A stretch of 64,000 bases of DNA from the NCBI RefSeq assembly GCF_000150275.1, contig NW_002060949.1, positions 1,919,836 through 1,983,835 of the forward strand, written 5' to 3'. The notes beneath the pieces are model-generated. The model worked only from the letters and a program-made list of their open reading frames with translations, had not been told where the DNA came from and did no database searches. The translations under genes were made by a program, and so were the position numbers. Source of the DNA: Trichoplax adhaerens. Its lineage: Eukaryota > Animalia > Placozoa. Position 1 is the stretch's first letter, and every line of letters begins with the position of its first letter. Of the stretch, positions 58,083 to 64,000 are shown piece after piece.

Positions 58083-59819
58083 ACATTGCTCTATACACTA
58101 CAGTGTACACTATTTGTCTCCTTACTTTACATTATGTACAGTAATTAACTGTACAAAAATCATCCAAATTAGCCCGTCCACCCTGTACAGTGTACACTCT
58201 ACACTACACGCTTGTACTGTCACTCCCAGTCGAACTACATGATTACACTATTCTCAATTCATTGACAACTGGGAAGACAGCATAGAAAATCGGAAAATCT
58301 TTTTCAGTTGCGTAAAAAGGATCGACGCTTGACACTTCTAATTGAAATCAGAGACAGTACAGAGGGACGATTCTGATGCTGTATTACCTGAAATTCAAGC
58401 CAACAACAGTGATCAATTGACCAAAGATAACGCTTTAGGATTGATGACGATAGTTTAATTGGCATGCTGTATGCACAGACACAGTTCCATTATTTTAGAT
58501 GCTATATTGTCAGGTATCAATGGCTAAAGAGACGACATACTGGTCGATCGTCTTATGCTTTAGCCGAGAATGTCCACAAATTTTTTGACGGTTTAGCATT
58601 GCATATACCGCAATGACGCAAAAGAAAACTGTAATGTGCTATGAAAGGAATGATAATTAAAAGATCTCGTTTTAATACCCATAAATATGAAAGTGTACAG
58701 TACTTTTCTCGATCACTTAGCTTTTTTTATCTAGTTAACGCGATTGATTGATAAGCATATCTGAATTGCCAAAGGTTTGGCAAAAATGATACATAACATG
58801 AAACTGAAGTATAGTAGTGTAGCAATATACCCATATTTGATGATACAGATAGCTATATTTGATAGAGTTAGGTTACTTTCAATAGATACTGAAATAGGTT
58901 ATCGTCAAGCTAATATGAGATGATTGCTAACGACTACATTACAAATTGTTGATGACTAATAGTGGCCAGTGGACTAATTATGGTACAAGATTGATGTAGC
59001 TAGAAACATTGTAGTTGTTCAGATGGCCTTCGGAGAAAGGGGCTAGACGCTAATAGAAGAGTAGTAACATCTTAAGTAGAATGATTTAGATTGTAGAAAA
59101 TAATGATGTACCATTAAAGAAAAGAAATTTGTTAGATGACTCATGTCTGATTGTAGATTAATTAAGTTGTCATAAGGAGAAGGGACTTCACTTCGCTTTG
59201 AGCTCGGAATACTTTCGATTTTAGACCAGATTCTTGTAGTAATTCATTATTGCTCTACTATTCCTAATAAAACCTCGTAATAAAAGCCTTTTAGAAAATA
59301 CCATCTGACTAAGATAGTTATTGTGAGACGCATTTATTACAAGTAGTAATACGCGTAAGTAATTAAAATACCTCCTGCGTGACTTAATATTGAAGACATT
59401 TATGTGAATTTCTTTAGACATCTTTCAAAGAGTTTAATTCAATCGGCTTACAGAATGCACGCGCTCCCAAACAATCACACGATAGAAGAAAAGATAAGAT
59501 CTTATTTATATATGTATAATTATTGAATATGTAAGTAACATATATATACATCAATCAGAACCTAATACTTACATATTCAATAATTGACTCCAAGTAAAAC
59601 ATCCTCATTTTAATAATGTCCATTGAATACCCATTTATATTTTATTTCGTCATTACGAAGATCTTAACTTATTAGCAGATAATAAATCTGGTAACAAAAC
59701 TAATCGCTAATAAATACTCTATAACGATCAGCTAAAAAGGCAGAATCTATTTTTTTGTGATTACGTTTAAGCTTGGCACCCAATTATATTGACGTAACGT
59801 CGCAATAGTAAATCCCAGT

Positions 59820-61438
<1,619 letters not shown>

Positions 61439-64000
61439 CTAGCAATATATTTACGAAAGAAAAGAATCTCAAATTATATCGGATAATATAATCTTACATC
61501 AAAATGAAAATTTGCCTATCATCATATATAAAGGTAGATCATTATACACGTATAAGAAATTTCTAGTAGTCCACGAATTAAATCATTTTAGTAATTGAGA
61601 AGTAAAGGACAAAATTTTAAATTGGTATTAGTGAATATTAACTTTCAATAAGTGATTTGCCAACCCTTTATTTGTTGATCGCTAAATGACATCTAAATTC
61701 CTATTTCATAAACTACGCCGGAAATCTCCTTTTGTACGTAATAACAGAACTTTGTTACTACAATTCCAGTTTATGATTTTTTTATGTACTATACTAGATA
61801 GGTGGATTAGTTTAATGTGGGCATTCTAAGTTATATCCCCAAATTTCATACGTTACAAGTAAATAAAATATAATCTAATCTATGGATTAAAAACACGATT
61901 CTTTTCTCTTTGTCTATAACTGATTATACCCGTATCGTGATACGTCATACCAGTATATAGTTATCTTCGTAAGTGAACCTTTAATAAAATCATTAATTTG
62001 ATTGCTTGTTATACGCGTAATATCTTCGACTTTTAATGCAAGCAATCCGCATAATAATGATAATTTAAAAGACGCGTCTTCTCTATTTATCAAAGTCACT
62101 AAGCAGACCAATAAAATAAATTGATTTATGGTGTTGATTATGGTATCGCTGCGTATACTTTTTATAAGGATGTTCCACGAGATTGTAACGTATAACCACA
62201 AATGATGCTCATAAATAAGAACAAGTATTTATTTTTCACGCAGGAACTACATGAGCGAAATCAGTGCTCTTTCAGACACTGCTGACGCCTTTAGGCTTTG
62301 TCCAACTAACTTGTAGTTCATCTAATGATCAGACTGTCAATAGGAATAACTATCACTTGAAATGGTGGAATAAAAAAATAATTTAATTCACTCATGACAA
62401 AATTACGGACCTTATTATTGTGTGTACCTCTAACAAAAATGACAATAGCATATCTAAAACCCAAGTTTCTAATAAGAATATATATATATTTATAATTAAT
62501 CCGCGTTAATTTGCCTTGTTCTTACCTGATTTGTGTTACAGACTTAGATTGAGACATCAATATCAAGTAACGTGGACGGCGAAAACATTAACTTTAATAA
62601 AATAGTACGTAATATAATATTGAAAGTAATTTAGTTTAGCATTATTTGTTTGTTTATTTTAAGGCCGATTGACTTTAAGTCACCGATTAAAAGGGTGAAT
62701 TCTGCTTTTAAATATTAATTTTTCATGTAAATTTAAATAAACTTTGCCGGCACTTGGTGAATCTTAACGTAGGCTTAAGCTTAACGGCCTAGCAAATAAA
62801 GTGGTTGACCCTCCCAGCTTTGCTTACTAAATAGCCGTACCCCCTAGTAATAGCCATTATTGCGAAATTACTGTATTTCAGTTAATCGTGTATGTACAAT
62901 ACAGAACAGTGAATAGTTTATGAAATTCATCTCGATTTTACATCACAACATAGAACTGAATGAAGTATAGTTCATAATTTTGGCAAATTTACACCAAGTG
63001 CGCATAAGATTTACAGTAAAGAATTTGCAATCGAGAAAATTTCGTCGTAAGAGTAGAATTCTTTACATACAAATGGCACGACATGGGTTGGCCGATGAGT
63101 CATTCGACCCGAACGCACAATGCTGCGGTTTTAAGTAATTGTCAGAATATTGCGGAGGATCAAGTCATAGCATCTATATTACAAGATCACCCGTTCGGTA
63201 TACGCGTTTGAAATTTACGTGGTAGGGTAATTTACTCTTGATTCAGTATATTACACAAATCGATAATCACGATTTTATAATCTGTTCGAGGTAAATTCTA
63301 TTCCTTTGAAAACGTGGTGAATAAACTGCAGTTTACTGTATACATTCAAAATTAGTAATAATTTCATCTCGCAGCAATCATAACTTTCCAATATTTAACG
63401 TTTTGCTTCTTGCAAAAGTAACCAGTACAATTTCAATAACATGAGTAGCAATTTTGCCATGGTAATGTGATTACATATGGTAGGATCTAAGAGCTTTAAA
63501 GGTACGGTGATATTATTATACAGATACATATGCATCCATTTGTATCACTTCCTTCTCCATATGTTATCTAAGACCAGGGACTTTTCTCTTAGAAATCCTT
63601 GCTAAGATATATAACTATGTGCTATCCTAGCGTCGAGAGATCGGTACCTTTCGAATCCAATATTTGTAGCGAGGAAAGTGACAAAATAAGTATACGCACT
63701 GTATTGATCTCAGGTAAACGATCATTGTCGTAATACAGTGTATACCGTAGTTTAGGGGAATTCGCTAGCGAAGTTGCTAAAATTAAATTATAGGTGGTAC
63801 TTTCTAGGAACTTAATGCTCTGTAGAGTTTTTAAGTTTGGGTTATATTTACGGACATGGAAATTATTCATCAACATCGTATTAGAATACGCCGGGACTGG
63901 TGTTGTTTCCGTACGATTCTTTTCCAAGATCTATGCAAATCTTGTACTCTCGTATAGTAAATACAGAGTAGTCATGTAATTTATAATTTCCATCTACATG

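Noticed and set aside
61914-62201. Possible degenerate SH3 exon of the pseudogene (LALKVEDITRIT...FIKG)
   Set aside because: No ALYDY, WW or GxxPxNY motif and no convincing phase-2 splice sites.
63622-63979. 101-aa and 61-aa overlapping ORFs at the window end
   Set aside because: No recognisable motif; lengths compatible with chance.

Overview
AT-rich animal genomic DNA with short GT-AG introns; composition, intron sizes and gene content fit an early-branching metazoan such as a placozoan (inference, not proven). Gene models were spliced by hand and checked for codon phase. In order: the terminal kinase exon of a Src/Frk-like tyrosine kinase (+, 1-882); PPP1R42/LRRC67 (-, 5 exons); two paralogous single-exon coiled-coil/phospho-motif proteins (+, 11631-12662 and 22926-23744); a 14-exon, probably myristoylated ExoU/VipD-like patatin phospholipase with an EF-hand (+); HDAC1/2 (-, 15 exons); a 3-exon Src-family kinase (-); and a Src-like pseudogene (-). 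The main discovery is hidden from the ORF track. Two small exons (47640-47744, 49027-49093) splice in frame onto the orphan ORF at 49556-50394 and give a 336-aa protein. Its N-terminus (RRLKLSIEQVIRKYDKPFENSDVVELSNMTIIKKGG) matches the Scm3/HJURP CENP-A chaperone domain, followed by four repeats of a Cys-containing SCAR[C/T] motif. This gene lies head-to-head with HDAC1. Non-coding highlights are dense TACAGTA/TACTGTA clusters near gene starts that resemble stacked Tc1/mariner excision footprints, a telomeric repeat in a hairpin loop, a fossil template-switch event, RFX X-boxes and several local duplications.
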